From a virus: a stretch of DNA of 5,780 nucleotides. Where the stretch lies: positions 1 through 5,780 of the IMG/VR virus record IMGVR_UViG_3300017613_000835. One strand, 5' to 3'. Below the pieces are notes generated by a model. The model made no database searches, was not told where the DNA came from, and was given only the letters and a program-made list of their open reading frames with translations. A program made the translations under genes and the position numbers. Numbering within the stretch: the stretch's first letter is position 1; the number at the start of each line of letters is the position of its first letter. Positions 5,091-5,780 of the stretch are shown here, one piece after another.

Positions 5091-5171
5091 ATGCTTGATA
5101 TAGTAACAATATTAGTGTTATTAGCAATATTCAATGAATTAAAAGATAAGAAAAATAGAAAGGATAGATAA
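5091..5171 (+). CDS. Possible 26-aa hydrophobic micropeptide (MLDIVTILVLLAIFNELKDKKNRKDR), translationally coupled to D
   Basis: AAAGGAGAGT lies immediately upstream, with short spacing. The TAA stop is directly followed by the D ATG (TAAATG). The hydrophobic core IVTILVLLAIF is short for a TM helix. The same DNA carries the ori-like motif, so the ORF may be incidental. Confidence 0.25.
   Translation: MLDIVTILVLLAIFNELKDKKNRKDR
5094..5115 (+). promoter_or_regulatory. Candidate viral-strand (+) origin / Rep nick site, phiX174-ori-like
   Basis: CTTGATATAGTAACAATATTAG compares with the phiX174 origin CAACTTG^ATATTAATAACACTATAGACCAC. The 8-mer CTTGATAT spanning the gpA cleavage site is exact, and TAACA and TAT(T)AG follow with two 1-nt indels. 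This is the only CTTGA I found in the window. The predicted nick lies between G5097 and A5098. Confidence 0.35.
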
Positions 5172-5699
5172 ATGGGTCTAAATTACGAAGTAGCAAAAGG
5201 TACAATGAATTTAATAGCAAATCAGTGTAAAGAAGGATGGTTAGAAACATGTTGTATAACAAAAGACGACTTTGATAAATTAACAGCACCAGTATGTTGG
5301 TTATCAGTAGATAGAAATAGAGTAACACAAACATTCTTCAGTTTATTGTACGGAACAGTAGATGCAATAGGAATACCTAGATTCACGTTACCAGCAGAGT
5401 ATATAGCATCAGCAATATCAGTTTATATAGACCCAGTAAACGTGTTAGTAGCATGTAGATTCTTTGAAAAAGTACCTACAGCAGAAGGATTAGGTAGAGG
5501 AGTAGATAACATAGAAAATGTAACGTCAAAACAGTTGTTTGGATTAGTAGTACAGTTAGTAGCAGATGTAGAAAATAGTAATGCAAGATGTTTATTCGAG
5601 AAAAAAACAGGATTAGTAGTTAGTAGGACAAAAAGAATAGAAATGTTAGAAAAAAAGAAAAGAGGTGATATAGATGGCAAGAAATATCAGAAGACCTAG
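5172..5699 (+). CDS. D: External scaffolding protein D (175 aa)
   Basis: GAAAGGA SD lies 7 nt upstream. Matches to phiX174 D as recalled: ITKDDFDKLTAPVCWLSVDRNR vs LTEDDFDFLTSNKVWIATDRSR, and LYGTVDAIGIPRFTLPAEYIASAISVYIDPVNVLVAC vs VYGTLDFVGYPRFPAPVEFIAAVIAYYVHPVNIQTAC. It is longer than phiX D (152 aa) because of a Lys-rich C-terminal extension that overlaps the J start. Confidence 0.93.
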   Translation: MGLNYEVAKGTMNLIANQCKEGWLETCCITKDDFDKLTAPVCWLSVDRNRVTQTFFSLLYGTVDAIGIPRFTLPAEYIASAISVYIDPVNVLVACRFFEKVPTAEGLGRGVDNIENVTSKQLFGLVVQLVADVENSNARCLFEKKTGLVVSRTKRIEMLEKKKRGDIDGKKYQKT

Positions 5700-5780
5700 A
5701 AGAAAGAAAAATAAGATATATTATGTAGGTGGATATAGAGCTTAAAAAGGAGTAAAAATAATGGTAAAAACAAAAAAAGG
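5660..5780. repeat. Terminal direct overlap, copy 2 (circular closure of the contig)
   Basis: Identical to nt 1-121. It also contains the first 20 nt (5761-5780) of the 59-aa TM ORF. Confidence 0.97.
5674..5745 (+). CDS. J: Protein J gene, second copy created by the terminal overlap (same gene as 15..86)
   Basis: Identical sequence to 15..86, offset by 5,659 nt. Confidence 0.85.
   Translation: MARNIRRPRRKKNKIYYVGGYRA

Larger units (their letters stand above)
1..5659 (+). other. One full unit of a circular Microviridae (phiX174-like) ssDNA phage genome, circularly permuted
   Basis: An exact 121-nt overlap between the window ends gives a 5,659-nt circle. The genes are single-stranded in orientation, compact and overlapping, and the set F/H/A/B/D/J is recognisable. 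The size lies within the phiX174/G4/alpha3 range. Confidence 0.92.

Noticed and set aside
5131-5680. Minus-strand ORFs 5131..5334 and 5423..5680 antisense to D
   Set aside because: Low-complexity products with no SD, lying opposite a confidently identified D gene.
5172-5699. E-like lysis gene overprinted in D
   Set aside because: I read both alternative + frames. They are interrupted by stops every few to about 30 codons, and no ATG-initiated ORF exceeds about 12 codons.
1-5780. Alternative genetic code (TGA read as Trp, as in Mollicutes), given the AT richness
   Set aside because: All recognised genes are intact under the standard code. Trp at conserved positions is encoded by TGG (for example WF/WY in A, QWYR in F), and TGA terminates off-frames normally. 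None of the called genes ends in TGA, but the sample is too small to interpret.
1-5780. CRISPR arrays, tRNA/rRNA genes, transposase or integrase genes
   Set aside because: No regularly spaced repeats, no cloverleaf-capable GC-rich segments, and no ORFs with such motifs were seen. The whole window is accounted for by the phage genome.

Overview
The window holds one complete, circularly permuted genome of a small ssDNA phage (Microviridae). Nt 1-121 are repeated exactly at 5660-5780, so the unit length is 5,659 nt. All credible genes lie on the + strand, are tightly packed or overlapping, and nearly all follow a GGAG or GAGGTGA Shine-Dalgarno sequence. The gene plan matches phiX174 (Bullavirinae type): J (DNA-binding), F (major capsid), a G-position ORF (putative spike), H (DNA pilot), A (HUH rolling-circle Rep) with a B-like internal scaffolding ORF nested out of frame, a C-position ORF, and D (external scaffolding). 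I recognised F, A, D, H, J and the C-terminus of B by eye against my recollection of the phiX174 proteins. No searches were run. The genome differs from known phiX-like phages in several ways. It is very AT-rich, with an A-rich, C-poor coding strand and A-ending codons. D contains no E-like overprinted lysis gene, and the A/C junction has no K-like ORF. Extra small ORFs fill the positions that are intergenic in phiX: a 59-aa N-terminal-TM protein and a 47-aa ORF between J and F, a 75-aa acidic ORF between F and G, and 52-aa and 26-aa ORFs between C and D. Candidate DNA elements are a phiX-ori-like CTTGATAT site between C and D, a local cluster of GATATAG repeats, and two adjacent stem-loops in the only clear intergenic gap (G-H). 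All minus-strand ORFs in the track look like compositional artefacts. Functions assigned to the small ORFs and DNA elements are hypotheses.
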